From: an uncultured Rhizobium sp.
GTDB lineage: Bacteria > Pseudomonadota > Alphaproteobacteria > Micropepsales > Micropepsaceae
Assembly (NCBI GenBank): GCA_964580115.1
Contig: CAZOJG010000012.1
Coordinates: 12,310 to 76,309, forward strand
Direction: 5' to 3'
Length of the DNA stretch: 64,000 nucleotides
The notes below the pieces were generated by a model. That model had not been told where the DNA came from, did no database searches, and saw only the letters and a program-made list of their open reading frames with translations. Positions 1 to 11,093 of this stretch are shown here, in pieces. The position numbers and the translations under genes were made by a program. Each line of letters starts with the position of its first letter. Within the stretch, counting starts at the first letter, position 1.

Positions 1-551
1 CGGGCCGTCACGCCTTCCGCGATAAGCTGGAAAGCATGGGCTACAAGCTGGAGGATCAGGCCTTCGCCGATGCGTTCAAACGCTTCAAGGCGCTGGCTGA
101 CAAAAAGAAACATGTCTTCGACGAGGATATTATCGCCCTTGTCGACGATGAGGTGATGCGTGGCCATGATGCGATCTTGGTCAAGGCGCTCAGGGTGGAA
201 GCCGGTGTCGGCATCCAGCCTTCCGCCGAACTGACCCTGTCCGTCGCGGGCGAGGAGCGCAGCACCAAAAGCACCGGCGATGGCGCGGTGGATGCAATTT
301 TCAACGGCATCCGTACGCTCTACCCGCATCCGGCTTCGCTGCAATTGTTTCAGGTCGGTGCCGTCACCGAAGGAACAGATGCACAAGCCACGGTCAGCGT
401 GCGTCTGGAAGAAAACGGCCGCACGGTTACAGGTAAAGGTTCGGATACCGACACATTGGTCGCCGCCGCCTATGCCTATGTGAATGCTCTGAACAAACTC
501 TTGGTAAAACGTGAAAAGCAGGCACCTGAAGCTTTGACTGTCGCAAGATGA
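1..551 (+). CDS. leuA: 2-isopropylmalate synthase, C-terminal part (5' end lies outside the window)
   Basis: The frame is open from the window edge (..GRHAFRDKLESMGYKLEDQAFADAFKRFKALADKK..). It continues through a LeuA-type C-terminal regulatory domain to a stop at 549-551. Confidence 0.85.
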   Translation, partial: GRHAFRDKLESMGYKLEDQAFADAFKRFKALADKKKHVFDEDIIALVDDEVMRGHDAILVKALRVEAGVGIQPSAELTLSVAGEERSTKSTGDGAVDAIFNGIRTLYPHPASLQLFQVGAVTEGTDAQATVSVRLEENGRTVTGKGSDTDTLVAAAYAYVNALNKLLVKREKQAPEALTVAR

Positions 552-555
552 ATTT

Positions 556-579
556 CAGCCCCGGCTTCGGCCGGGGCTG
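556..579 (+). terminator. Perfect 10-bp GC-rich hairpin with TTCG tetraloop just after leuA; no U-tract
   Basis: cagccccggc-ttcg-gccggggctg read directly, 5 nt after the leuA stop. It is followed by cacatcac, so it is not a canonical intrinsic terminator. Confidence 0.35.
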
Positions 580-620
580 CACATCACGGTCAGGTTACGG
601 GCATGCCTCAGAAGGGGTAA

Positions 621-1670
<1,050 letters not shown>

Positions 1671-1683
1671 GCGCAAAGGCATC

Positions 1684-2604
1684 ATGGTGAACGGGCTTTT
1701 GAGGAACGCACGGATCAGGGGGGATAGTCGCATCCCCCTCGTGGTCTTTGGAGTCCTTGCCCTCTCACTCCTGATGCTCAGCCGTGCCGACGTAAATCTG
1801 TTCGATCAAGCCCGCGCCCGTATCAGCGATGCCACTGCGCCCTTGCTTACCGCGGTCGAAGCCCCTTTTCAGGGCCTTAATCGCTGGCTCGGCAATATCG
1901 GTTCGATCTTCACGGTCTATGACGAAAATCTCCGCCTGAAAGAAGAAAATGCCCGCCTGCGCCAATGGCAGGGTGTGGCCATGCAATTGCAAAGCCGTGT
2001 CGCCAATTACGAGCGCCTGCTCCACGCCGTCCCCAATCGCGAGGCAGGCTCTGTCCTCGCCCATGTCATTGGCCGCGGTGGTCGCCCATTTCTTGATACG
2101 ATGATCCTCAATGCCGGCAAGGCCCATGGCGTGCAGCCCGGTGAAGCGGTTCTCGATGCGCGTGGCCTTGTCGGTCGCATCCTCGTGGCGGGCGAAAGCA
2201 CGTCCTGGGTGATACCGCTGAAAGACATCAATAGCCGGATCCCCGTCACCATCGGTGCCCAGAATGCCCAGGCGATTGTGGTCGGCAATAATAGCGAATT
2301 TCCGGGGCTGGAAACGCTCTCACAGCGCGCCAATATCAAATCGGGTGATCTTATCGTCACCTCGGGCGATGGCGGCCTGCTGCCACCGGGCCTCCCGGTT
2401 GGCACGGTCCTCATCAAAAATGGCCGCTATCGTGTGGCGCTCTATGCCGATGCCCGCAGCGGCAGCGATGTTGAAGTGATCGACTTCAAAGGCTTCCCTG
2501 AACAACCCACTGCGCCATCACCTGCCGATCTTCCGCCGCCACCGCCACTTGTTGAACCAGTGATGCAGGAAACCATCCCGCCCCAGCAAGACAGCAGCGA
2601 GTAA
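1684..2604 (+). CDS. mreC: Rod shape-determining protein MreC with a Pro-rich C-terminal tail
   Basis: It has an N-terminal TM segment, a coiled-coil (ENLRLKEENARLRQW) and a beta-barrel region (GLVGRI.., VTSGDGGLLPPGLPVG). It sits between mreB and mreD. Confidence 0.9.
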   Translation: MVNGLLRNARIRGDSRIPLVVFGVLALSLLMLSRADVNLFDQARARISDATAPLLTAVEAPFQGLNRWLGNIGSIFTVYDENLRLKEENARLRQWQGVAMQLQSRVANYERLLHAVPNREAGSVLAHVIGRGGRPFLDTMILNAGKAHGVQPGEAVLDARGLVGRILVAGESTSWVIPLKDINSRIPVTIGAQNAQAIVVGNNSEFPGLETLSQRANIKSGDLIVTSGDGGLLPPGLPVGTVLIKNGRYRVALYADARSGSDVEVIDFKGFPEQPTAPSPADLPPPPPLVEPVMQETIPPQQDSSE

Positions 2605-2609
2605 GCTGA

Positions 2610-3131
2610 ATGGAACGCGCAGGTCTGTTCGGTTGGGTGGTGGTCAGCCTGATCCCCTTTTTGTGCGGTGTCTTGGCGATCAGTCTCGCCAATATTCCCA
2701 TCTCGTTCAGCGGGGGCATACTCCCCCCCGCTTTGCTTGGTCTCATGCCGCTATATTTCTGGTGCCTCGTCCGCCCCGACCTCATGCCGCCTCTCGCCGC
2801 TTTCGTTCTTGGTCTCTTTCAAGATCTCCTCTCAGGCTCTCCGCCGGGAATCTGGGCGGCCTCCTTCATCGCCGCCTATGCAATCGTCGACCGCCAGCGC
2901 GAGGCTTTCGCGGGCCTCTCCAGTTGGGCTGCCATCTTAGGCTTTGGCCTAGTCGCATTGATCGCGCATGTCTGTGCATGGCTGCTGGCTGCACTCTATT
3001 ACCGTGAACTCATGCCCGTGGCGCCTGTTGTCGGCGTCTTCAGTTGCACAGTCCTGCTCTATGCGCCCACGGGCTATGTGCTGGGCGTTATCCACCGCCG
3101 TATGATCGGTGCAGCAAGGGCGGTGCCCTGA
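2610..3131 (+). CDS. mreD: Rod shape-determining protein MreD (polytopic membrane protein)
   Basis: 173 aa, very hydrophobic, in the conserved position after mreC. Its stop overlaps the mrdA ATG by 1 nt. Confidence 0.8.
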   Translation: MERAGLFGWVVVSLIPFLCGVLAISLANIPISFSGGILPPALLGLMPLYFWCLVRPDLMPPLAAFVLGLFQDLLSGSPPGIWAASFIAAYAIVDRQREAFAGLSSWAAILGFGLVALIAHVCAWLLAALYYRELMPVAPVVGVFSCTVLLYAPTGYVLGVIHRRMIGAARAVP

Positions 3132-5020
3132 TGCCCATCTTCGACCGCAAGGATAAAAGCCGTTACGCCACATTCTCACGACGCACGCTGATCGCAGCCG
3201 GCGGTATGACAGCCGTATTTTCCGTTCTTGCCGGGCGGCTCTATCAATTACAAATCCTCGACCACGAGCAATTTATGACGCAGGCCGAGGAAAATCGCAT
3301 TAGCGAAAGACTGATCGCCCCATCGCGAGGTCGCATCCTGGATCGCTTTGGCGTCGAACTTGCCAATGACCGGCGCAATTACCGCCTGCTTCTCGTGCCC
3401 GAGCAAATGTCCGGCTCAAACGATGTGGTGGACGCGTTGAGAAAACTCATCCCGATCACAGACCGCCAATATGAGCGTATCCTGCGCGAAACATCCCAGA
3501 AGCGCCGCTCCACGCCAGTTGTCGTCGCAGAAAATCTGACATGGGAAGAATTTTCCGCCGTCAATCTGCGCATGCCCTATCTGCCCGGCGTACAGCCCGA
3601 TGTTGGCCAAACGCGTGCCTATCCCTTCGGCGACGAAGCGGTCCATATTCTGGGTTATGTCGCAGCGGTCAGTGTTGAAGATAAAAAGGATGACCGTGAT
3701 CCATTGCTCAGTCTGCCGGGCTTCCGCAATGGCAAACGCGGCATCGAACGCGAATTCGACAAACAAATACGCGGTCGTCCGGGCGTCAGCCGCGTCGAAG
3801 TCAATGCCCATGGCCGCGTAATCCGCGAATTAAGCCGCGACCCTGCCAAGCCCGGCCATGATGTCCATCTGACCATCGACCGCGAATTACAATATTTTAC
3901 CAATCAAACATTAGGCACTGAAAGTGCCGCTTGTGTCGTGATGGATTGCGACAATGGCGATATTCTGGCCCTCAGCTCAACGCCCGGTTTCGATCCTAAT
4001 CTGTTCAATGTCGGTATCTCCGGCAAGGATTGGCGCGAACTCACCACCAATGATCACAAGCCTCTGCTGAACAAAGCATTGGGCGGCGTTTATCCGCCTG
4101 GCTCAACCTATAAATGTGTGGTGGCCGCCGCGGCGGTAGATGCAGGTGTGGTAACACCGGATCTCACGGTCTTTTGCCCGGGGCATATGACCTTAGGTAA
4201 TCACAAATTTCATTGCTGGAAACGTGGCGGCCACGGAATGGTCAATCTGCGCGATGCAATCAAACAATCCTGCGATGTCTATTTCTACGAAGTCGCGCGC
4301 CGCCTCGGCATAGATCGCCTCGAACAAGCGTCCTATGCATTCGGTTTGGGAAAAGCTACGGGCATAGAACTCCCCGGCGAACGCGGTGGCGCCATTCCGG
4401 GCCGTAAATGGAAGCAGCAAAAAATCGGCGGCTCATGGCAGCATGGCGAAACATTGGTGACCGCGATCGGGCAGGGCTATGTGCTCTCAACCCCACTTCA
4501 GCTCTGCACCATGACCGCCCGTATCGCCAGCGGCAAAGCCGTCCTGCCGCGCATCGCCCATAGTATTGGCGGTGTCCTCACCCATCCTGAACCAACCCCG
4601 CCCATGATATTCTCTGCCAGGGCTTTAGACGCCGTGCGTCAGGGCATGGATGCCACGGTCAATGAACCGGGCGGCACAGGCTATAATTCGCGCATCACCG
4701 AACCCGGTCTGGAAATGGCCGGCAAAACCGGCACCGCACAGGTCCGCGTCATCACCCGCGAGGAACGTGCCCGCGGTGTGCTGAAAAATGAACAATTGCC
4801 TTGGCGATTACGTGACCATGCCTTGTTCACGGCCTTCGCGCCCATAGTAAATCCGCGTTACGCCTTGGCGGTCATTGTCGAGCATGGTGCCATCGCGGGC
4901 CATATGCAGGTTAAAATGGCACGCGATATCTTGCGGTTCGCACAACAGCGCGATCCACTGAGCCGCCCCACCGCCTATCCCTCCTCCGCAGCCGACGCCT
5001 CCACCCATGGGCGCAGTTGA
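3131..5020 (+). CDS. mrdA: Penicillin-binding protein 2 (elongasome transpeptidase)
   Basis: It has a PBP dimerisation domain plus a transpeptidase domain with the STYK (PGSTYK), SCD and KTGTA motifs. I chose the ATG at 3131 (MPIFDRKDK..), coupled to the mreD stop, rather than the ORF-track start at 3044, which overlaps mreD. Confidence 0.93.
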   Translation: MPIFDRKDKSRYATFSRRTLIAAGGMTAVFSVLAGRLYQLQILDHEQFMTQAEENRISERLIAPSRGRILDRFGVELANDRRNYRLLLVPEQMSGSNDVVDALRKLIPITDRQYERILRETSQKRRSTPVVVAENLTWEEFSAVNLRMPYLPGVQPDVGQTRAYPFGDEAVHILGYVAAVSVEDKKDDRDPLLSLPGFRNGKRGIEREFDKQIRGRPGVSRVEVNAHGRVIRELSRDPAKPGHDVHLTIDRELQYFTNQTLGTESAACVVMDCDNGDILALSSTPGFDPNLFNVGISGKDWRELTTNDHKPLLNKALGGVYPPGSTYKCVVAAAAVDAGVVTPDLTVFCPGHMTLGNHKFHCWKRGGHGMVNLRDAIKQSCDVYFYEVARRLGIDRLEQASYAFGLGKATGIELPGERGGAIPGRKWKQQKIGGSWQHGETLVTAIGQGYVLSTPLQLCTMTARIASGKAVLPRIAHSIGGVLTHPEPTPPMIFSARALDAVRQGMDATVNEPGGTGYNSRITEPGLEMAGKTGTAQVRVITREERARGVLKNEQLPWRLRDHALFTAFAPIVNPRYALAVIVEHGAIAGHMQVKMARDILRFAQQRDPLSRPTAYPSSAADASTHGRS

Positions 5021-6168
5021 TGAGCACACATTATCTTGCCAGCCGCAGGCCGCTCAGCATCAGCGAAAAGTTGATGGAATTGAACTGGGGTTTTGTGCTC
5101 CTCATCACCGTCATCGCCGGTGCAGGTTTCGCAATGCTCTATTCCATTGCGGGAAGCAGCTTCTCGCCTTGGGCCGGGCCGCAAATGATCCGATTTGCCA
5201 TCGGGCTGGTCTTACTGATCACTGTGGCGGTGGTCGATATTCGCGTCTGGATGGGCCTTGCCTATCCTGCCTATGGCATGGCGCTACTATTGCTCCTCGC
5301 TGTGGAATCCATGGGGCAGATCGGCATGGGGGCGCAGCGCTGGATCGCCCTGGGGCCCGTGCAAATACAGCCATCCGAATTGATGAAACTCACACTCGTT
5401 CTGGCCTTGGCGCGCTACCTCCATGGTATCGGGGCGGAAGACATCTCAAAGCCTAAAAAACTTATCATTCCATTGGGCATGATCGCCTTGCCCGCCGTGC
5501 TGGTGCTGATCCAGCCAAATCTTGGCACCGCCACTATTCTCGGCCTTGTAGGATGCAGCCTGCTTTTTCTGGCCGGCCTATCTTGGCGCTGGATCGTGCC
5601 AGCCCTGCTTGCCGTGGCGGGTGCGATACCCGTGGCATGGCAATTCATGCATGATTACCAGCGCCGCCGCGTCCTTACCTTCCTCAATCCGCAGGACGAT
5701 GCGCTGGGCGCAGGCTGGAATATCACACAGGCCAAAATCGCCATCGGCTCCGGTGGTTTTAGTGGCAAAGGTTTTCTGGGCGGCACCCAGAGCAGGCTCA
5801 ATTTCCTGCCTGAAAAGGAGACCGATTTCATCTTCACCACATTGGGCGAAGAATTCGGCTTTCTAGGCAGCATACTGCTTCTGATCTTATTCGCATCGGT
5901 GATTTTCTACGGCATCCGCATCGCCATGAGCTCCCGCAGCCAGTTCGGGCGTCTGGTGGCCATGGGGGGCACGCTCAACTTCTTTTTCTACATCATGATC
6001 AACGGCCTCATGGTCATGGGCCTGATTCCCGTGGTCGGCATCCCCATGCCGCTGGTCTCCTATGGCGGCAGCGCCATGCTGACCGTGATGGTAGGGTTTG
6101 GCCTCTTGATGAGTGTTCATATTCACCGTCAGGTCGAGGTTCCGCGCCATTCCAGCGGCATGATTTAG
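5017..6168 (+). CDS. rodA: SEDS-family peptidoglycan polymerase RodA
   Basis: 383 aa FtsW/RodA/SpoVE-type polytopic protein (PSELMK.., GGTQSRLNFLPEKETDFIF, PLVSYGGS). It has an ATGA overlap with mrdA. Confidence 0.93.
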   Translation: MMSTHYLASRRPLSISEKLMELNWGFVLLITVIAGAGFAMLYSIAGSSFSPWAGPQMIRFAIGLVLLITVAVVDIRVWMGLAYPAYGMALLLLLAVESMGQIGMGAQRWIALGPVQIQPSELMKLTLVLALARYLHGIGAEDISKPKKLIIPLGMIALPAVLVLIQPNLGTATILGLVGCSLLFLAGLSWRWIVPALLAVAGAIPVAWQFMHDYQRRRVLTFLNPQDDALGAGWNITQAKIAIGSGGFSGKGFLGGTQSRLNFLPEKETDFIFTTLGEEFGFLGSILLLILFASVIFYGIRIAMSSRSQFGRLVAMGGTLNFFFYIMINGLMVMGLIPVVGIPMPLVSYGGSAMLTVMVGFGLLMSVHIHRQVEVPRHSSGMI

Positions 6169-6195
6169 GCTCAGACTTGTCCACAATCTGCTTTC

Positions 6196-6223
6196 TGGAC
6201 ACCCCCATACCCCTCTGTTATAT
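6196..6223 (+). promoter_or_regulatory. Possible sigma-70-type promoter for tRNA-Lys
   Basis: TGGACA-N16-TTATAT ends 11 nt before the mature tRNA 5' end. This is a motif reading only. Confidence 0.3.
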
Positions 6224-6234
6224 GCCCGCCCTTC

Positions 6235-6310
<76 letters not shown>

Positions 6311-6337
6311 AATACTGCAAACAGGCTGAGGGCTTAC

Positions 6338-6982
6338 ATGCTCAAGTGGTTTCAGGCCTTAATGCCCCGGGAAGACAATTTCTTCCCCATGTTTACGCGC
6401 CATGCGGATACGCTGGTGTCGGGCGCGCTTTCCCTGCGCGACCTGTTGCACGGGCGTGTTTCGGCCGCAGAGGGCTGCGATAAAATTCGTCTCTACGAAG
6501 AACAGGCCGATTCCATCGCGGCCGAGGTCTTGCTCTCGGTTCGCCGCTCCTTCATTACCCCCTTTGATCGTAGCGACATCAAAGACCTCATCAATGCGAT
6601 GGATGATTCCATCGACCAGATGCAGAAAACCGCCAAGGCGATCTCGATTTTCGGTGTGCAATCCTTCCACCCTGAAATGGAGAGGCTGGGCGATGTCATC
6701 GTTCGCGCCTCTGAACTGACCGCCGAAGCAGTCGGTCTTCTGGGCGCCCTTTCCGTCAATGCCGCGCGTCTCACCACCATTGTTGAAGAAGTCATCGCCC
6801 TCGAAGGCAAATCCGATGAACTCTATGATCAGGGCATTCGGGCACTCTTTCTGGCCTATGGCGAGAAAAGCCCTATGGCCTATATCGTGGGCGCAGAAAT
6901 CTACGATCACCTTGAAAAAGTGCTGGATCGTTTTGAAGATGTCGCCAATCGCGTCAGCGGTATCCTGATCGAAAGTGTCTGA
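6338..6982 (+). CDS. DUF47 / PhoU-like accessory protein of the PiT phosphate transporter
   Basis: 214 aa helical protein (MLKWFQALMPREDNFF.., ITPFDRSDI) lying immediately upstream of a PiT gene. This is the conserved DUF47-PiT pairing. Confidence 0.8.
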   Translation: MLKWFQALMPREDNFFPMFTRHADTLVSGALSLRDLLHGRVSAAEGCDKIRLYEEQADSIAAEVLLSVRRSFITPFDRSDIKDLINAMDDSIDQMQKTAKAISIFGVQSFHPEMERLGDVIVRASELTAEAVGLLGALSVNAARLTTIVEEVIALEGKSDELYDQGIRALFLAYGEKSPMAYIVGAEIYDHLEKVLDRFEDVANRVSGILIESV

Positions 6983-6987
6983 CCCAG

Positions 6988-7995
6988 ATGGAAATCTCCG
7001 TCGATGTGGTGCTGATCGTTCTTGTCATCACGGCGCTGCTTTTTGATTTTCTGAACGGCCTGCATGACGCGGCCAATTCAATTGCCACAATTGTCTCGAC
7101 CCGCGTTCTGTCACCTCAAACGGCCGTCGCTCTGGCCGCAACGTTTAACTTCGTGGCTTTTTTCGTCTTTGGTCTGCATGTCGCCAAAACCGTCGGCACC
7201 GGCATCGTGGACGCCAATATCATCAATGACACAGTGATCTTCGGCGCCCTGATGGGCGCCATTTTCTGGAATGTCATCACTTGGCGTCTTGGCATCCCCT
7301 CCAGCAGCTCGCACGCCCTGATTGGTGGGTTGGTGGGCGCAGGTATCGCCAATGGCGGTCTGCAAGTGGTGGTGTGGAGCGGTGTCAGCAAAACGCTGGC
7401 GGCCATTATCCTCTCACCTGCCACGGGTTTTGTGCTGGCACTGGTCTTAATCCTGCTCGTCTCGTGGCTTTTCGCCCGACAATCGCCCGCCTTTGCCGAT
7501 AAAGTCTTCCGCAAAGTGCAAATTGTCTCCGCCTCGCTTTATTCCTTGGGGCATGGTGGCAATGATGCGCAAAAAACGATGGGCATTATCGCGGCCCTGC
7601 TTTTTTCCCATGGCATCACAGAGGGCGAATTTGTGGTGCCCTTCTGGGTTGTGATTTCGTGTTATGTCGCCTTGGCTTTGGGCACGCTGATGGGTGGCTG
7701 GCGCATTGTCAGAACCATGGGCTCGCGTATTACCCATCTTACCCCTCTACAGGGCAGTTGCGCTGAAACTGCGGGTGCCATCACGCTGTTTGGCGCTACA
7801 TGGATGGGCATCCCGGTCTCCACCACCCACACGATCACGGGGGCGATTATCGGCGTTGGGTCAGCCCGTCGTTTATCCGCAGTCCGCTGGAATGTGGCGC
7901 GCGGCATTGTCTGGGCCTGGGTCATCACCATTCCCGCCACGGCAAGCATGGGAGCGGCCTTCTATTATCTGGGCGGCCTTTTGGGGTTGGATTAG
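6988..7995 (+). CDS. Inorganic phosphate transporter, PiT family
   Basis: 335 aa polytopic protein with both PiT signature repeats (GLHDAANSIAT.. and GHGGNDAQKTMG, PVSTTHTITGAIIGVG). Confidence 0.92.
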   Translation: MEISVDVVLIVLVITALLFDFLNGLHDAANSIATIVSTRVLSPQTAVALAATFNFVAFFVFGLHVAKTVGTGIVDANIINDTVIFGALMGAIFWNVITWRLGIPSSSSHALIGGLVGAGIANGGLQVVVWSGVSKTLAAIILSPATGFVLALVLILLVSWLFARQSPAFADKVFRKVQIVSASLYSLGHGGNDAQKTMGIIAALLFSHGITEGEFVVPFWVVISCYVALALGTLMGGWRIVRTMGSRITHLTPLQGSCAETAGAITLFGATWMGIPVSTTHTITGAIIGVGSARRLSAVRWNVARGIVWAWVITIPATASMGAAFYYLGGLLGLD

Positions 7996-7999
7996 GCGC

Positions 8000-8467
8000 A
8001 TGGGTGGGGCAGGCGAGACACGCTCAAAGTTCGGTTCTGCGGCTACAAGGCTGCAATATGCTGCCTTGCCCTATCGGTTGGGGCCGTCTGCTGAATTTCT
8101 GCTGATCACCTCGCGGGAAACCCGCCGCTGGATCATTCCTAAAGGCTGGCCGATGAAAAGCCTCAGCCCAGCCCAATGTGCCGCACAGGAAGCACTGGAA
8201 GAGGCGGGCGTAGAAGGCCAAACCAGCGCCGCGCCCATAGGCAGCTATACCTATCTAAAAAAACTCTCCGACGGCCGCACAGTGCCGGTCGAGGTCGAGG
8301 TCTTCAGTTTGCATATTGAGCGCCAATTGGATGATTGGCGCGAGAAAGATCAGCGTCAAACCCGCTGGTTTTCCCCGCAAGAGGCGATTGAAGCCGTCCA
8401 GGAACCCGGCCTGAAAAATCTCATGCGCAGCTTTGCCGCTCTTTTGGCGAATGCAGGAAACGCATAA
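8000..8467 (+). CDS. NUDIX hydrolase
   Basis: It has a Nudix box (GWPMKSLSPAQCAAQEALEEAGVEG). I chose the ATG at 8000 because the ORF-track start at 7694 runs through the PiT gene in another frame. Confidence 0.8.
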   Translation: MGGAGETRSKFGSAATRLQYAALPYRLGPSAEFLLITSRETRRWIIPKGWPMKSLSPAQCAAQEALEEAGVEGQTSAAPIGSYTYLKKLSDGRTVPVEVEVFSLHIERQLDDWREKDQRQTRWFSPQEAIEAVQEPGLKNLMRSFAALLANAGNA

Positions 8468-8512
8468 ACTACCTTACGCGCTTAATCAGTATATCACGCC
8501 CGAGGTGCCGCA

Positions 8513-9688
8513 ATGCCAGAAGCCTATATCGTCGCCGCAGCCCGTACAGCAGGCGGCAAACGCAAAGGCCACCTTGCTGGCTGGCACCCCGCCGATCTCG
8601 CCGCACAGGTGCTGAATGCGCTCATCACCCGCAGCAAAGCTGACCCAGCCCAAATTGAAGATGTCATTCTGGGCTGTGTCAGTCAGGTTGGCGAACAGGC
8701 CTTCAATATCGCTCGCAATGCTGTGCTGGCCTCTCAGCTCCCTGAAAGCGTTCCCGCCACCGCGATCGATCGCCAATGCGGCTCCTCTCAGCAGGCCCTG
8801 CATTTCGCGGCGCAAGCCGTGATGAGTGGCTCCATGGATATGGTCATCGCCAGCGGCGTCGAAAGCATGACCCGTGTCCCCATGGGGCTCTCGGCCTCAC
8901 TCGCCGCGGAAAAAGGCTTTGGCTTCTACAAAAGCCCGCTGATGGAAAAACGCTATCCCGGCATTCAGTTCAGCCAGTTTCTGGGCGCGGAAATGATCGC
9001 CCGCAAATATGGTCAAACCAAAGATGAACTGGATAGCTTCGCCTTTGAAAGCCATCGGAAAGCCATTGCGGCCACACAGTCCCATGCTTTTGATGCCGAA
9101 ATCATCCCTATAGAAATTACCGCGCCCGACGGTAAAGCCGGGCTCCATACAGTCGATGAAGGCATACGCTTTGATACAAGCCTGGACAGCATCAAAGCCG
9201 TCAAGCTGATCAACGAGAATGGCTATCTCACCGCCGCATCTTCCAGTCAGGTCTGCGATGGCGCGTCCGGCGTGCTCGTGGTCAATGAAAAGGGGCTCAA
9301 AGCACTGGGGACCGAACCTCTGGCGCGCATCGTCCATATGACCGTCTTGGGTGACGATCCCGTGACCATGCTCGAAGGCCCCATCCCCGCCACAAAACAA
9401 GCCCTCGCCAAATCCGGCATGAAGATCGATGACATTGATCTGTACGAGGTGAACGAAGCCTTCTCCTCCGTTCCTCTCGCCTGGCTAAAAGAAATTGGGG
9501 CCGATCCCGCCAAGCTCAATATTCATGGCGGCGCCATCGCATTGGGCCACCCTTTGGGCGCATCCGGCACCAAACTGATGTCCACGCTGATCTATGCCCT
9601 TCAGCGCCAGAACAAGCGCTATGGCTTGCAAACCATGTGCGAAGGCGGCGGCTTGGCCAATGTAACAATTATCGAACGCTTATCTTAA
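8513..9688 (+). CDS. Thiolase (acetyl-CoA C-acetyl/acyltransferase)
   Basis: 391 aa with the active-site Cys context IDRQCGSSQQA, the C-terminal GGAIALGHPLGASG and CEGGGLAN. Confidence 0.92.
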   Translation: MPEAYIVAAARTAGGKRKGHLAGWHPADLAAQVLNALITRSKADPAQIEDVILGCVSQVGEQAFNIARNAVLASQLPESVPATAIDRQCGSSQQALHFAAQAVMSGSMDMVIASGVESMTRVPMGLSASLAAEKGFGFYKSPLMEKRYPGIQFSQFLGAEMIARKYGQTKDELDSFAFESHRKAIAATQSHAFDAEIIPIEITAPDGKAGLHTVDEGIRFDTSLDSIKAVKLINENGYLTAASSSQVCDGASGVLVVNEKGLKALGTEPLARIVHMTVLGDDPVTMLEGPIPATKQALAKSGMKIDDIDLYEVNEAFSSVPLAWLKEIGADPAKLNIHGGAIALGHPLGASGTKLMSTLIYALQRQNKRYGLQTMCEGGGLANVTIIERLS

Positions 9689-9692
9689 TCGC

Positions 9693-11093
9693 TCAGGGGA
9701 AAGATGCAGGCGGCGTGGCGCTGCGAATGAATTGAAAACGACAAATCAATCCATCTTCCGGATAATCCAGTAAAACTTTGCTGGCACGTTCGCGCGCTAC
9801 GGAAAACTTTATTATCCGGCTGCCAAAGCCGCCCCGGCTGGGGGCGCGGGCCACAGGTCCGCCTTTTTCCTCCCATTCAATAACAACCTGTTCCCCTTCC
9901 ACGCTCGGGCCGCATGTCCAATAAAGATGTACCTGCCCATTTTCTGTAGAGAGCGCGCCATATTTAATCGCATTGGTGGCCAGTTCGTGCAGCGCCAGCG
10001 CCAGCGAACCACCCGTCTCCTCAGAGAGTTCCAGCGGCGGCCCATCCATCAAAATACATTCTGCTTTGTCGTCCAGAAATGGTTTCAGAATAATTTTCGC
10101 CATCGTGCCAAAATCAATCGATACGCGGTGGGTTGCAATGGCAAGATCCGCCGCGGTACTCAGCGCGTGAATGCGCCCCCTCAACTTACTAATAAATAAG
10201 TCGACTGTTGCCTCATTGCGGGGCCGCGAACTCTGCATCAGCGAATTAATCACGGTGAACAGGTTTTTCAGTCGATGCCGCAATTCACCGATCATCAGTT
10301 CGCGACGTTCGCCCGCAAGCTTGCGCTCATGAATATCGGTCAGCGTGGTAATCCATTCGCGCACCACACCATTCGCGTTGCGCAGTGGCACGCATTTGGA
10401 ACTGAACCAGCGCCAATCTTTGGTTGGTGCATGCCAAAGCCGGAATTCAGTCTGATACTGTCCGTTTTCATCAATCTGTATCGGATCAGGTTTTAATCTA
10501 TCCCTGTCATCTTTGTGAACGCATTTGATCCACATATAACCTTTATAATCCGGCCACTGCATACCGGTAATTTCGGGCCAACCGGTTTGCGGCTTGTGCA
10601 CCTGCCCATCGGCGTCGGTCATCCAGACAATGCCCGATGTCGCCGTGACAAGCTGGCGATATCTGTTCTCGGCCTGCACCATAATAGTCATGGCCGATCG
10701 CAACCATTGGCCCAGCGCTACTTGCGAACTGGCCGCCACGGTAAAGAGCAAACCAATTAAATAATGCTGCATCGCCGGTGTCGTGCCGCCCAATTGCTGC
10801 GGTAAAAACAACCGCGCGGTCAGCACAATGCTAAGCAATATAGCCAAAAGACCAAATTGCCATCCCGCCAATATGGAAATCAAAAGTACGGCCGGAAAAT
10901 AAAATGCAAAAATGCCGATATTCGGCGGGATCATCGTATCGGCAATAGCCCGTCCCAACGTGGCCCCGGCCAGAAAGAAAATCAAAACCAGAAAACGAAA
11001 TGCCAGGCTTCGTTGCCTGATCAGATAGCCCATCAGGCCTGCGCCAGCGGGCCCTTCGCGAGAAATTGAAAATCGCTCAGACCATGAGACCAT
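9693..11093 (-). CDS. Membrane-anchored PAS sensor histidine kinase, HWE / HisKA_2 type
   Basis: It has an N-terminal multi-TM region and a PAS-like segment (GIVWMTDADGQV..). The H-box ELRHRLKNLFTVINSL and the ATPase region (HELATNAIKYGA, GGFGSRI) are typical of HWE kinases. Confidence 0.85.
   Translation of the reverse strand: MVSWSERFSISREGPAGAGLMGYLIRQRSLAFRFLVLIFFLAGATLGRAIADTMIPPNIGIFAFYFPAVLLISILAGWQFGLLAILLSIVLTARLFLPQQLGGTTPAMQHYLIGLLFTVAASSQVALGQWLRSAMTIMVQAENRYRQLVTATSGIVWMTDADGQVHKPQTGWPEITGMQWPDYKGYMWIKCVHKDDRDRLKPDPIQIDENGQYQTEFRLWHAPTKDWRWFSSKCVPLRNANGVVREWITTLTDIHERKLAGERRELMIGELRHRLKNLFTVINSLMQSSRPRNEATVDLFISKLRGRIHALSTAADLAIATHRVSIDFGTMAKIILKPFLDDKAECILMDGPPLELSEETGGSLALALHELATNAIKYGALSTENGQVHLYWTCGPSVEGEQVVIEWEEKGGPVARAPSRGGFGSRIIKFSVARERASKVLLDYPEDGLICRFQFIRSATPPASFP

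Noticed and set aside
3044-3130. 5'-extended versions of several track ORFs: starts at 3044, 7694, 22933, 25401, 37262, 43906, 47895, 53061, 55329 and 60337.
   Set aside because: The extensions overlap the preceding gene or a divergent gene or promoter, and they encode atypical sequence. Internal start codons coincide with stop/start coupling (ATGA or TGATG), signal peptides or the conserved N-termini of the families. I annotated the shorter forms.
6174-6185. A near-DnaA box (TTGTCCACA) between rodA and tRNA-Lys.
   Set aside because: It has one mismatch, is isolated, and has no replication- or cell-cycle-related gene context. It is most likely chance.
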